A stretch of 61,708 nucleotides of DNA, the filler included, from Chiloscyllium plagiosum (taxonomy: Eukaryota), in the NCBI RefSeq assembly GCF_004010195.1. It is 5 parts of one record of this genome, joined end to end, with 100 filler letters (N's around TTAATTAATTAA, not from the genome) between each part and the next. Parts side by side here need not be neighbours in the genome. Positions count along the whole stretch, not along the records: positions 24,243 to 38,461 come from NC_057716.1; 4 more parts are not named here. One strand, 5' to 3'. The position numbers and the translations under genes were made by a program. The notes below the pieces were generated by a model. That model saw only the letters and a program-made list of their open reading frames with translations. It had not been told where the DNA came from and made no database searches. Below are positions 25,898 to 37,946 of this stretch, piece by piece (position 1 is the stretch's first letter; each line of letters starts with the position of its first letter).

Positions 25898-25932
25898 CAC
25901 TAGCTTTCAGAGCACTGCTCCTTCATCAGGTG
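25898..25932 (-). ncRNA. Minimal hammerhead ribozyme motif (family 2)
   Basis: CAC-CUGAUGA-A-GGAGC(AGU)GCUCU-GAAA-GCUA^GUG; helix I CAC/GUG; palindromic AGCU helix III. Confidence 0.7.
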
Positions 25933-26534
25933 GTTGTGAAGCAGGCCCATAAGACACAGAATTTATAGCAAAAGGATTACAGTGTCATGCCGCTGAAATG
26001 ATATATTGAACAAACCTAGATTGTTAAGTCTCATCTTTTAGAACGGATTTGCTGTTACTGTATGTCAAAGGTGAAAACGGTGCAATCAAGGATGAGAATG
26101 TGACTTAAAAGAAATTCTGGGATTTACATATTAAAGAACCGAAACCTGCAAATCTGTTCTAAAAGATGAAAGACTTAACTATCTAGGTTTGTTCAATGTA
26201 TCACTGTGTCACTGTAATCCTTTTACTATAAATTCTGTGTCTTATGATCCTGTTTCACAACCACCTGATGAAGGAGCAGGTCTCCGAAAGCTACTGCTTC
26301 CAAATAAATCTATTGGACTATAACCTGGTGTTGTGTGATTTTTAACAATGTATTAAAGGTGTGAGGTTAGAGACTGTCTGTGATCCAATCTTGAGTCAGA
26401 CTGGTTCTATTTCCGAAGTAGGAATTTATAAAATGTTACATGAATTGACTGCCTGCAGATTGTGCACTTTTTGAACAAAAATAGAGTGTACCTGCAATTA
26501 CAATTCTGCAAATGCAAATTCACCGCATAGACTT

Positions 26535-26860
26535 ATATATGTGTGTGTGCGTGTGAGAGAGAGCATGAGAGAGAGAGAAAGAGAGGGAGAGAGAGTGTGT
26601 GTAAGTGTGTACATGTCAGTGTGTGTGTGTGTGAGTATGAGTGGACATGAGAGAGTGTGTGGTTGTGTGTGTGCATGCTTGGTAGAGTGTGTGCATGTAC
26701 GATGGAGTAAAAGCCTGTGAGAGGGTGTGTGCATAGGTGTGTGTGAGGATGCACGTGTGTGTGTTTTTGAGAGAGGGTGTGTGTGAGTGTATGAGTGTGT
26801 GTGTGTGTGTGTGTATATATATACACATGTATGGGTGTAGGAGTGTCTGTGTGTGTGTAG
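26535..26860. repeat. Compound (TG)n/(GA)n microsatellite
   Basis: Visible directly in the sequence. Confidence 0.9.
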
Positions 26861-27204
26861 TGCAGTGGGGTCACCTGTTGTGTGACATGAACCCAAATCC
26901 TGGTTGAGGCCATCCTCGTGGGTACCAAACTTAGTTATAAATTCTGTGTCTAATGATCCCGCTCCACAACCACCTGATGAAGGTGCAGACTCTGAAAGCT
27001 CGTGCTTCCAATTAAACCTGTTGGACTATAACCTGGTGATGTGTGATTTTTAACTTTGTCCACCCCAGTCCAACACCGGCACCTCCACATCAAGACTGAT
27101 GTTGAAGGCAACATCCCTAAATTATGGATTCAAACTGAAATGAAATGTTGGCAGGCAGCACAACACCCACAGTAGAAATAATTTAACAAATTCACAAGGC
27201 TTTT

Positions 27205-28560
27205 TTTATTCACTTGTAGGATGTGGTCATCACTGGCTGGGCCAGCATTTTTTGCTCATCACTAGTTGCCCTTGAGAAGATGGTGGTGAGCTGCCTTCTT
27301 GAACCCCTGCAGTCTACCTGTTGTGGGTTGAGCCACAGCGCCTTTAGGGAGGGAATTCCAGGATTTTGATCCAGTGACACTGAAGGAACAGTGATATATT
27401 TCCAAGTCAGGACGGTGAGTGGGTTGGAGAGGAACCTGGTGGTGTTCCCATGTATCTGCTGCCCTTGTTCACCTCGATGGAAGTGGGTTATGGGCTTGGA
27501 AGGTGCTGTCTGGGGATCTTTGGTGAATTCCTGCAGTGCATCTTGTAGATAGTACACACTGCTGTAGTGGAGGGAGTGGGTGCTTGTGGATGTAGTGCCA
27601 ATCACGTTGGCTGCATTGTCCTGGATGGTGTCAAGGTTTTTGTGTTTTCTTGGAACTGCATCCATCCAGACAAGTGGGAAGAATTCCATGACATTCCCGA
27701 CTGGCACCTTGTAGATGGTGGATAGGCTTTGGGCAGTCAGGAAGTGAGTTACTCACCATACTATTCCTAACCTCTGACCTGCTCTTGTATCTACTGAGTT
27801 TATGTCACGTTTCTAGTTGAGTTTCTGGTCAGTGGTAACCCCAGGATGTTGATAATGGGGAATTGCAGTGATGGTAACACCATGGAATGTGAAGGCACAA
27901 TGGTTAGATTGTTCTTGATTGGAGATGGTCATTGTCAAAGTCATTTATTTGACATAAATATTACCAGCTGCTTGTCAGCCCAAGCCCTGTGCAGATCTTG
28001 TTGCTTTTGAGCATGGACTGCTTCAGTACCTGAGGAATTGTGAATGGTGCTGAACATTGTGCAATCATCGTCGAACATTCCCACTTCTGACCTTATGGAG
28101 GGAAGGCCATTGATGAAGCAGCTGAAGATGGTTGGGCCTCGGTCACTACCCTGAGGAACCCCTGCAGAGAGGTCCCAGAGCTGAGACAACTGAGCTCCTG
28201 TTTTGCGAGGACTCCTTGATGCCATACTCAGGCAGAATGCAGCCTCGATGTCAAGGGCTGTCACTCTCCCCTCCCCTCTGGAATTCAGCTCTTTTTGTCT
28301 CTGTTTGAACCAAGGATGTAATGAGGTCAGGAGCTGAGTGACCCTGGCGGAACCCAAACTGGGCGTCACTGAGCAGGTTATTGCTGAGCAGGTGCTGCTT
28401 GATAGCAATGTTGGTGACACCTTCCATCACTTTACTGATGGTCAAGAGTAGACTGATGGAGTGGTAATTGGACGGGTTGGATTTGTCCAGCTTTTTTGTA
28501 CAGGACTTACCTGGGAAATTTTCCACATTGTTGGTCCTGTGACAGTGTTATCGCTGCACT
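27205..28560 (-). mobile_element. Second, older CR1/L2-group LINE family RT fragment; related pieces at ~36510-37200 (-), ~39780-40210 (+), ~52370-52700 (+)
   Basis: SNPSNYHSISLL...SKVMEG, LLSDAQFGFRQGHSAPDL, ALDIEAAF, AGVPQGSDRGPTIFSCFINGLP, GMFDDDCTMF. Confidence 0.82.
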
Positions 28561-28857
28561 AGCATAGCTTGCCTAGGGGTATGTGGGACGTTGTTATTTC
28601 ATTTACTCATGGGATGTGGGCTTTGCTGGGTGTCCAGCAGTTATTGCCAGTCCCTAGATGCCCCTTGAGAAGGTGGGATGAGCTGTTCGGGAGCAGAAGT
28701 CTTCAGTACTATTGCTGGAACATTGTCAGGCCCCATAGACTATAGGATACAAGATAAAGGCTTGTATGATGTAGAGGAATGTAACTAAGGTGTTACATTA
28801 CAGCGCAGAAACATCCAGACCATTCAGCCCCTCAGATTTATGTTGTTATTATAGAAT

Positions 28858-29166
28858 TATAGAATTCCCTACAGTGTCGAAACAGGCCCTTCAGCCCAAC
28901 AAGCCCACATTGATTATTTGAAGAGTATCTCACCCAAACCCAATCCCCATTACTCTATATTTACCCCAGACTAATGTACCTAACTAAGCATCCCTGAACA
29001 TTATGGGCAATTTAATATGGCCAATTCACCTACCCTGCATATTTTGGACTGTGGGAGGAAACCAGAGCAAACCTAGGCAGACACAGGGAGAATGTGCAAA
29101 CTCCACACAGACAGTCGCCATCCTTATGGAGGCTGGAATCAAACCCGGGTCCCGAGCTCAGTGAGG
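28858..29166 (-). mobile_element. HE1-type V-SINE
   Basis: V-domain and tail on the reverse strand. Confidence 0.85.
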
Positions 29167-29199
29167 CGCGAGTCTCTTTCGTAGAGACTGCTTGCATTT

Positions 29200-30810
29200 C
29201 TATCTCACCTCAAGCTATTGGCATATTCCTGTATTCCTTGTTCCAGTCCTACCTGAGACACCCCCCCACGCAGAATTATCTCCAGTATATCGGTGACATC
29301 ACTAGTGTTGCCTCTCTCTCTCTCTCTCGTTTGGAATTGGAAAAGTTGATCAATTTCCACCCGGCTCTCACCCTCACCTGGTCCATTTCTGACTCCTCCC
29401 TTGCCTTCCTTGACATCTCTGTCTCCATTTCTGGGGATAAGGATGGCTGCCAATATCCACTACAAATCCACCGACTCCCAGTGTTACCTTGACGATACCT
29501 CCTCACACCTCACTTCCTGTAAACACTCTATTCTGTTCTCTCAGATCCTCCGTCTCCATCGCATCTTCCTTCACAACGGGCTTCTGAAATGTCCATCTTC
29601 TTCCTCAGCTGAGGATTCTTGATTGACAGGGCCCTCAGCCATATCTGACCCATCTCTCTCACTTCTGCCCTCACCCTTCTCTTCCCTCGTGCTCCAGCAT
29701 TAGGATCCCCACATCCTTACTTGCCAACCCAACAGCATCCACAGCCAAAGGACTAAAAGCTGCCATTTCTGCCTCTTCCAGCAGGATGTCACCAACAGAC
29801 ACACATTCCCCTCCCCTCCCTTGTTAGTCTTCCACAGGGACCATTCCCTCCGGGACACCCTGATCCACTCTTCCTCCATTCCTGACAGTTCCTCACAATG
29901 CCGGGGCATCCAATTGTAGAAGGTGTAACACCTGTCTGTTTACCTTCTCCCTCCTCACCCTCCAAGGCCCCAGACACACCTTCCAGGTGATGCGGCGCTT
30001 TACCTGCACTTCACTCCATCTACTCTACTGTATACACAGCTCACAATGCAGTCTCCTCCATACTGGGGAGACAAACCACAAACTGGGCGGCCACTTTGCA
30101 GAACATCCGTCAGCAAAAATGACCCTGAGCTTCCAGTTTCCTGCCCCATCAATGTTTCTGGCACAGGCCTGCTGCAGGGTTCCAGCGCGTCTCAGCACGA
30201 GCTCAAAGAACATCATTTCATTTTCTACCTGGAGACCCTGCAGCCTCTAGGCCTCAACATCGAGTTCAATAACTTTACAGGCTGATTCCATCCTTCCATG
30301 TTTTTTACCCTCCCCATCCCCCACAACCGAAACATTCTCTGCTACCCTCAACTCTCATTATCACTTCTGCTCCCATTTCTCTCTCCACCCTCGAGGCTCC
30401 CAGCCTCATTCCCGATTGAAGGGCTTTTGCCCGAAACATCAATTTTCCTGCTCCTCGGATACTGCCTGACTTACTGTGCTTTTCCAGCACCCACTCTCTC
30501 GACTCTGATGTCCAGGGTCTGCAGTACTCACTTTTGCCTCACATTATCACTTATCAGCTTTGGTTCTGCCCTGGTTTTTTTCAGTCCGTTCATATCACTC
30601 TCTCCCACTTTGGGCTCCCTTTCCATCTATCCTCTCACTTCTCCTCTCCCCACCCTACCCATCCCAACCTCGTCTTCACCATAAATATCTCTTATTCCCA
30701 GAAGTTAGCAATTCTGACAAAGAGTCACCAGATCTGAAATGTTAAGTCTGCTTTCTTCCCCCAGATGCTGCCAGACCTGCTGAGTTTCGCCAGCAAGTTC
30801 TGTTTCCGCT
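29200..30810 (+). mobile_element. Decayed Neptune-like PLE (RT C-terminus, GIY-YIG, terminal repeats)
   Basis: LTWSISDSSLAFLDISVSI, YKSTDSQCYLD, FSQILRLHRI; FTCTSLHLLYCIHSSQCSLLHTGET...FAEH; degenerate HHRs at ~30412 and ~30712. Confidence 0.8.
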
Positions 30811-30986
30811 GCTTTCGTGCCTTTGTGCATTTACCTAGCACCCCTTTTCAGCATGTCTGCATTTTGCTTGAAGCCTCAGTGTACTCCCTGCCAACCCCGT
30901 GGATGCACCTCCACCACGTGGACCACAGTGTCTCAGGAAAACAGCTCACCATCACCTCCTCTCGGGCATTCGTAGTTGGACAGTAA

Positions 30987-31310
30987 ATCATAGAGTAGGA
31001 TCCCAATAGTGCAGTAGCAGGCCATTCTGCCCGTCGAGTTCACACCCACCCTCCGAAGAGCATCCCACCCAGACCCACCCCATCCCTGTAACCCTGTATT
31101 TCCCATGGCTAAACCCTAACCAGCACATCCCTGGACACTGTGGGCAATTTAGCACGGCCAATCCACCTAACCTGCACATCTTTGGACTGAGGGAGGAAAC
31201 CCATGCAGACATGGGGAGAATGTGCAAACTCCACACAGACAGTCACCCGAGCTGGAGTCGAACCCGGGTCCTCAGTGCTGTGAGGCAGCAGTGCTAACCA
31301 CTGGGCCGCT
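30987..31310 (-). mobile_element. HE1-type V-SINE
   Basis: Head, partial V-domain and tail on the reverse strand. Confidence 0.87.
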
Positions 31311-32104
31311 CTAAAAGCTAGCCCTGCCCAGAGACCCTCACATCCTGATGAACGGACAGGACAACTCTGAGTTCCAGACGCTCACCACCACCTGGATAGG
31401 GGAGGCTCCTCATGAATTCTCCATCAGATTTACTTGTTTTCAGTGAGTATCTTATATTTCTGATCTCCAGCTTCTGTTAGAAATGGAAACATCTCTACAT
31501 TTTCCTTTCCGAATCTAGTCACACTCTTAAAAATATTGAACAAGTCACCATTCAACCTTCCCTTTCCTCCACTAGAAAGAGCTTTTTCACTGATAGGAAT
31601 AGCCACTCAGTTCTTGTAAACTGTTAATTGCCCCTGCTCTAATGCCTTTTGTACAATGGAAGCATCTGAAACAGTGCACAGTATTCAAGGTGACTTTAGG
31701 TTGTGTGTCCTCTCTGCTTTTTGGTCCTATTCCTCTCCAAATGAATCCGGTGTCTAGTTTGTGTTTTCACGAAATGGTTATCAGTGCATCCCAGCAGACA
31801 GGGCCATCCATGGAAGCCTTCTGTCGAGTGCAGGACGTTCCTTAATGTGTACAGAACCTCGGGCGAAGCAGGAAGCAATTATCACAAACAAATACAAGAT
31901 CTGCGCTGAATAAGAGTTAGCATGCTCAGACTGGATGCAGCCAGCAGTTGTGGGAAGGCAGGGTGAAGAAGACAAGACTCTGTGTGTTTAACACTCCTGG
32001 GACATTGTCCACAGGAAGCTGATGTCATACCGACAGAAGGACAACGTTGGAAAACGCTATAATCGACGGAAAGTAGAAATTGCTGGATAATCAAGCCGGC
32101 GCTC

Positions 32105-32491
32105 ATTTGGCAGCGCTCTCACCTCTGAGTTAGCAAGTTGAAGAGTTCAAATCCTCCTCCTGAGGCTGGAGAATCGACACTGAAGGAGCACTGCTCCCCT
32201 TTCACCCTTTATTCAATGGGATCTGGACAATCCCACTACTTGATAGAGGATCAGGGGAGCTCTCCACCAGTGTCTCGGCTGATGTTCCTACCCCAGCCCA
32301 AATCGTAAGAACATAATGTCCGGCCATTACCTCAGTGCTGTTTACACGATTTGGCTGTTTGCTAAACAATTGCCGTCTCTCCTGCTCCACGGCGATGCCT
32401 ACACTTCAAAAACCCGCCGTGCCGGCTGGAAAAACACTCTTGGGACGTGCTGAGGTTGGGGAAGGCGCTACAGAAACGCAAGTCTTTCTTT
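32105..32491 (+). mobile_element. DeuSINE/SacSINE1-like element
   Basis: tRNA-like head (ctctcacctctgagt...gttcaaatcc), Deu-like core (caggggagctctcc...gtgtct) and L2-type tail aggcgctacagaaacgcaagtctttcttt. Confidence 0.6.
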
Positions 32492-33002
32492 GGAGTGCCA
32501 GGCGCAGGCAGTCTGCCACAACCACTCGATTTTATGGCTTGCCACTTAACCCTGTTTGAGTTACATTTGTTAGACAATTATTTCAGTGGATCTCCTCGCT
32601 GGGGATTTGTTTCATTTAAGCATCTTCCTGGAGTACACCTGGAGAGTGCGGGGGTTGGGGAAGTGGACAGAGAGCAGCGCAGATTTGCAGAACTGATGCC
32701 TGACTGCATGGGTTAAGTTACAAAAGAGAGGTTCTTTGGAATTTAAAAATTTAAGAAGTAATTTGATTTCAAGATATTAGAGGGAAGAGATAGTGTTGAT
32801 AGGGAGCCACTAGGGACTAGGGCAACCTTATCCAAAAATTCGAGTCCGCCCTTTCATTAGGAATCACGTCCACCCACAAAGGGTGATAGATATTGGAATA
32901 AGGATAGAATTTAATGTTATACTCAATTCTTATTGAATTCTGTTAAACATGGTTTCAAACTGTACAGAACAAACACAGCAATATCAACTTACAAGCCAGC
33001 AC

Positions 33003-33340
33003 TGGGTGGCGCAGTGGTTAGCACTGCTGCGTTACAGTGTCAGAGACCTGGGTTCGATCCCAGCCTCGGATGACTGTCTGTGTGGCGTTTGCACATTCTC
33101 CCCGTGTCTGCATGGGTTTCCTCCAGGCAGGTGCTGTTGTTTCCTCTCACAGTCCAAACATGTGCAGGTCAGGTGAATTGGCCATGCTAAATTGCCCATA
33201 TTGTTCAGAGATGTGTAGGTTAGGTGCATTAGTCAGGTGTAAATATAGAGTTGGTGAGTGGGGCTGGGTGGGTTACTCTTCTGAGGGCCAGTGTGGACTT
33301 GCTGGGCCGAACAGCCAACTTCAATACTGTAGTGATTCTA
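33003..33340 (+). mobile_element. HE1-type V-SINE
   Basis: gtggcgcagtggttagcact (A box), ggttcgatcc (B box), V-domain and tail. Confidence 0.9.
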
Positions 33341-33350
33341 TTAAAAATAA

Positions 33351-33710
33351 AGGTTAAAAACAATGACTGCAGATGCTGGAAACCAGACTCTAGATTAGAC
33401 TGGTGCTAGAAAAGCACAGCAGTTCAGGAGGAGCAGTAAAATCGACGTTTTGGGCAAAAGCCCTTCATCAGGAATACAGGCAGAGTGCCTGCAGGGTGGA
33501 GAGATAAATGAGAGGNNNNNNNNNNNNNNNNNNNNTATTGTACTCTCTGCTACTTTCTCCCCACCCCCACCCTCCTCTCATTTATCTCTCCACCCTTCAG
33601 GCTCTCTGCCTGTATTCCTGATGAAGGGCTTTTGCCCGAAACGTCGATTTTACTGCTCCTCGGATGCTGCCTGAACTGCTGTGCTTTTCCAGCACCACTC
33701 TAATCTAGAC
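33351..33710. mobile_element. PLE family 1 inverted-repeat insertion with two HHR motifs (20-N gap at the centre)
   Basis: Inverted arms; perfect 14-bp TSD tctattaaaaataa 33337-33350 / 33711-33724. Confidence 0.85.
33614..33650 (+). ncRNA. Minimal hammerhead ribozyme motif (family 1)
   Basis: AUUC-CUGAUGA-A-GGGC(UUUU)GCCC-GAAA-CGUC^GAUU, intact. Confidence 0.75.
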
Positions 33711-33776
33711 TCTATTAAAAATAATGATCTTATTGAATGTTAGAACAGGCTTGACAGCCTTCCCTTTTTTTTTTAA

Positions 33777-34079
33777 AGATTAGATTCCCTAAGTGTGGAA
33801 CCAGGCCCTTCAGCCCAACAAGTCCACACTAACCCTCTGAAGAGTAACCCACCCCCCTCTGACTAATGCACCTAACACTATGAACAATTTCGCATGGCCA
33901 ATTGGCCTGACCTGCACATCTTTGGACTGTGGGAGGAAACCGGAGCACCCGGAGGAAACCCACGCAGACACAGGGAGAATGTGCAGACTCCACACAGCCA
34001 GTCGCCCGAGGCTGGAATCGAACCTGGGACCCTGGCGTTGTGAGGCAGCAGTGCTAACCACTGAGCCGCCATGCCACCC
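33777..34079 (-). mobile_element. HE1-type V-SINE, full length
   Basis: Head, V-domain and tail on the reverse strand. Confidence 0.92.
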
Positions 34080-34778
34080 TTTGTTCCTGTATTCTGCAGA
34101 AAAGCTGTGTGCATTAGTGTGGTCACTGAGGAAGCATGTGAAATGTTGTTGAAAAAGGATTGGATAATGATTTTATGGGATAGGAATTCTGACAGGCAAT
34201 TACCTCATTCTGTTCAGCTATTGTGTCTGAACAAGCAAGGAACTGTGGGTTCCCGACTGGATACTGGTGATATCACGTCTTGCAGAGTGAGACAGCCTAC
34301 CTTCTCCTGTCTATCATTGTCTCAACACATTTCCTCCTCAGGATCATAGCACTGCTCTACTCAGCGTCAGGGCAATAATACCACTGCATTGCTTCGCATT
34401 CTGGTTGCATCTCTGTTGGATAAGTTTCATTCTTGTCATACAATGTCTCTCATCCCTCCCTAACACGCGAACCTCCTACAACCCTCCAATCTCTGCTTTC
34501 TTCCAATTATAATCTCTTGCCCATCCTCAACCTTCATAATTTCATCATTGATGGATGTGTCAACAACTATCTCGGCCCCTATACAAATGACAGCACAGAA
34601 GTTGTCCATTTACCCATCAACTCCATGCTCGCTCTCTTAAGAGCAACCCAGCCACTCCTCGTCCTCCACTCTATTGCTTTAGATCATCCTCATGCATGTG
34701 CCCAAGCAATTTTCTTTTGAAATCATTTCCACACGTCAACCCCTTCACCTCTTCCACAAAACCTGAAATCTATCTCCC

Positions 34779-35160
34779 TTCATGACAATCTTAGGGAACA
34801 ATATATCAAACGGTCTGGAAGCAAACAATGGAGAATAGGCTGAACTCAGACTTTACACACAGCAGACACGTTACACAGTGGATTACCAGTTAGCCCAGAA
34901 AGGGGCAGTATGTACAATAATTGGTGACAAGTGTATAAACCATGTCATTGACAATTCTTACAAAAATATTCAGGATCCTCGAGATGACTTCAGACAAGGA
35001 GCCACAGGAGGAGATAACTGGCTAAAATGGCTGATAGGCTCCCCAGGATTTGCCTATTTGGCACAAGGGATTGTTCTCCTTATTTCACTCATACTGGGAT
35101 TCTGCTGAGGCCTTGGGTGTTTAAAGCTTGGCTGTAAGGTGCTACTGACGCGGGCTGTGC
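34779..35160 (+). pseudogene. Endogenous retroviral env transmembrane-subunit relic (gamma-type)
   Basis: One frame reads FMTILGNNISNGLEANNGE*AELRLYTQQTRYTVDYQLAQKGAVCTIIGDKCINHVIDN...WLKWLIG...LAQGIVLLISLILGFC*GLGCLK. This gives a heptad, an immunosuppressive-domain-like motif, CX6C, a Trp-rich membrane-proximal region and a TM helix, with two in-frame stops. Confidence 0.8.
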
Positions 35161-35805
35161 CAGGAGCAATTGTTACAGAAGAGCCCTCAATGAAACTCGC
35201 ACTCCTTGACACCCCTCGGGATGGGGAGACCTTACAAAATGCCTACCTCTATATGAGAGTTCAGTGGTCTGCGGGAGATCTCTGAAGTCACCTCCTTGAC
35301 CACAAAATGGGGAGTGAAGTGGGAGTTGACATGGGGCACACAGACACAAGTTGGCCGCTGGGCCATAAGTTGGTCACTGAGCACACAAGATGGCTGCTGA
35401 GCCATTGCATGGAAAAGTACAGCTAAGCATACAGAGATACTGCCTGAGGCCAACAGGACACCAGCACAATAGACACAGAGCATATAATTAGTTTAAGGTG
35501 GGTGGGGGAGAGAATACACATCAGTAATGTCTACTGCCCACTGAAGTGTCTGAGTCCAGCCACCACCTTCAATAGAAATGTTAATTACCTGAGACTGTTG
35601 TATACAAGTGTTAATACCTTAGATTTGCAGAAATGGAAAACGATCTTCCTTCTCACGAAGAACGATCACGACCAATTATTGCAGCAATGGACTTCTGCAT
35701 AGCTGCTGAAACTGACAATGACTCTGTAATGTTTTCTGTAAACAAACCATGCTGCACAAGCAAAGACTCGATATTTGGACCATTATACCATGAAATGTAT
35801 AAAAT

Positions 35806-36011
35806 TTAGGGTGTAGGTTTGCTCGTTGAGCTGTAGGTTTGATATCCAGACGTTTCATTACCTGGCTAGGTAACATTATCAGTGGCAACCTCCAAGTGAA
35901 GCGAAGCTGTTGTCTCCTGCTTTCTATTTATATCTTTCTCCTGGATGGGGTTCCTGGGGTTTGTGGTGATGTCATTTCCTGTTCGTTTTCTGAGGGGTTG
36001 ATAGATGGCAT
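35806..36011 (-). mobile_element. PLE family 3 3' end, near-identical to 49420-49625
   Basis: Reverse-complement match including the HHR, whose core is mutated to CUGAUAA. Confidence 0.85.
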
Positions 36012-36225
36012 NNNNNNNNNNNNNNNNNNNNNNNNNNNNNNNNNNNNNNNNNNNNNNNNNNNNNNNNNNNNNNNNNNNNNNNNNNNNNNNNNNNNNNNNN
36101 NNNNNNNNNNNNNNNNNNNNNNNNNNNNNNNNNNNNNNNNNNNNNNNNNNNNNNNNNNNNNNNNNNNNNNNNNNNNNNNNNNNNNNNNNNNNNNNNNNNN
36201 NNNNNNNNNNNNNNNNNNNNNNNNN

Positions 36226-36505
36226 CCATCCTCAGATGGGGAGACCAAAACTGCACACAATACTCCCGGTGTGGTCTCACCAAGGCCCTGTACTATTGCA
36301 GCAAGACATCCCTGCTTCTGTACTTGAACCCCACTCGCTATGAAAGCCTTCTTATTTACTTTCTGTTGACTGGTGCACAAGCCTCTCTAGTCTTGCTGCA
36401 CCTCACCCTTTCCCAACCTATCACCAAAATTCAGGATTCTGGTTTCCTGATTTTGCCACCAAGGTGGATAACCTCACATGTATCCACATCATACTCCATC
36501 TACTG
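36226..36505 (-). mobile_element. CR1 RT C-terminal fragment
   Basis: VRPHREYCVQFWSPHLR. Confidence 0.75.
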
Positions 36506-36619
36506 ATCATTACCGTAGTTAGGCATATGCTGCTTGATAGCACTGTTGAGGACACCTTCCATCACTATACTGGTGATCGAGTGTGGTCTGACAGGACAGT
36601 AGTTGACTGGGTTGGATTT

Positions 36620-36749
36620 GGTAAAAACAATGACTGCAGATGCTGGGAACCAGATTCTGGGTTAGTAGTGCTGGAAGAGCACAGCAGTTCAGGCAGCATC
36701 CGAGGAGCAGTGAAATCGACGTTTTGGGCAAAAGCCCTTCATCAGGAAT
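36620..36749 (-). mobile_element. Solo PLE family 1 terminal unit with HHR
   Basis: ggtaaaaacaatgactgcagatgctg...cgacgttttgggcaaaagcccttcatcaggaat, inserted in an older LINE. Confidence 0.8.
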
Positions 36750-37537
36750 ACCTGATTTTTGCTTTTTTGTATACAGGACATAACTGAATAATTTTCTGTT
36801 GTGTCAGTTAGATGCCTGTGTTGTAACTACTGGAACAGTTTGGCTAGGGGAGCGTCAAGTTCTGGAGCACAAGACTTCCGTACTATTGCCGGAATGTTGC
36901 CTGGGCTAATAGACTTTGCACATCCAGTTCCTTCAATTGTTTCTTAAGTGAGTCAAGTTAGGGAATGCTGGGGACCTCTGATAAGCTGTCCTCTCAGCAC
37001 GTCTGTTACTAAAGCTTCAGCCTTAGCATTTGCACAAATGTGTTGGGCTCTTCCATTATTGAGGATGGGGGGATTTGTGGAGCCTCCTCCTCCAGTGAAT
37101 TGTTTAACTGCCCCCCACCATCCAGTCATGACTGGGTGCGACAGGACTGCAGGGCTTGAATCTGATCCATTATTTATGGGATTGCTTAGCCCTGTCTAAT
37201 GGTCGCTACTTTGGATGTCCTTCATTCCCAAAATGGCTGGGGTAATGCAAAGTCTGAGACCCCAGGTTACATCAGGTCATTTTGAGCTAGGTGTAGCTGC
37301 GGTCTGACAGAGCAGATAGCCTGTTGTTTACAGTGTTAACTGATCTGGGACAGGCAGACAATTACAGGTCACAGCATCACATCCATCGCCCAAACCAAAG
37401 CAAAATACTGTGGCTGCTGGAGATCTGAGATAAAAGCAGGAAGCGCTGGGGGTAACCATTCAGGTCTGGCAGAGTTAATGTTTCAAGAATGATACGACTC
37501 TTCTGCAGAATTGAAAGGGGCTGAAAAATAGCATATT

Positions 37538-37878
37538 TCATAGAATCCTGACAGTGTGGAAGCAGGCCCTTCGACCCAACAAGTCCACACCGACCCTCCA
37601 AAGAGTATCCCACCCAAACCCAATCCCCATTAATCTACAATTACCCTAGCCTAATGCACCTAACCTGCACATCCCTGAGCACAATGGGCAATTTAGCCAA
37701 TTCACCTAACCTACACATCTTTTGGACTGTGGGAGGAAACCAGAGCACCTGGAGGAAACCCACGCAGACAGGGGGAGAGTGTGCAAACTCCACACAGACA
37801 GTCGCCCGAAGGTGGAATCGAACCCGGGTCCCTGGCATTGTGAGGCAGTAGTGCCAGCCAACGAGCTACCGTGCCGCC
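37538..37878 (-). mobile_element. HE1-type V-SINE
   Basis: Head, V-domain and tail on the reverse strand. Confidence 0.9.
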
Positions 37879-37946
37879 TCTGTATTTGACAGAGGTGTGG
37901 AGGGCTAGTGAGTGAAAGAGGTTGAGAGGGTGCCCAGAGCTAAAGA

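Larger units (their letters stand above)
25480..27092. mobile_element. PLE family 2 non-coding element with inverted termini, an internal microsatellite and a nested copy of itself (25807-26345)
   Basis: Four copies of the aatcacacaacaccaggttatagtccaacagg...ctccttcatcagg terminal repeat, two in each orientation. The nested copy is flanked by TSD caatgcattaaag 25794-25806 / caatgtattaaag 26346-26358. Confidence 0.8.

Noticed and set aside
26498..26928. His/Thr-rich ORFs
   Set aside because: Translations of a (CA)n microsatellite.
33003..33075. tRNA genes (here and at the other HE1 heads)
   Set aside because: A and B boxes are present, but they are followed by the SINE V-domain and no complete cloverleaf forms.
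34839..34950. Filovirus/arenavirus GP2-like endogenous viral element
   Set aside because: The motif is shared with those viruses, but the DY-LA-KG-VC spacing and downstream purine tract fit retroviral env better; it cannot be resolved without a search.
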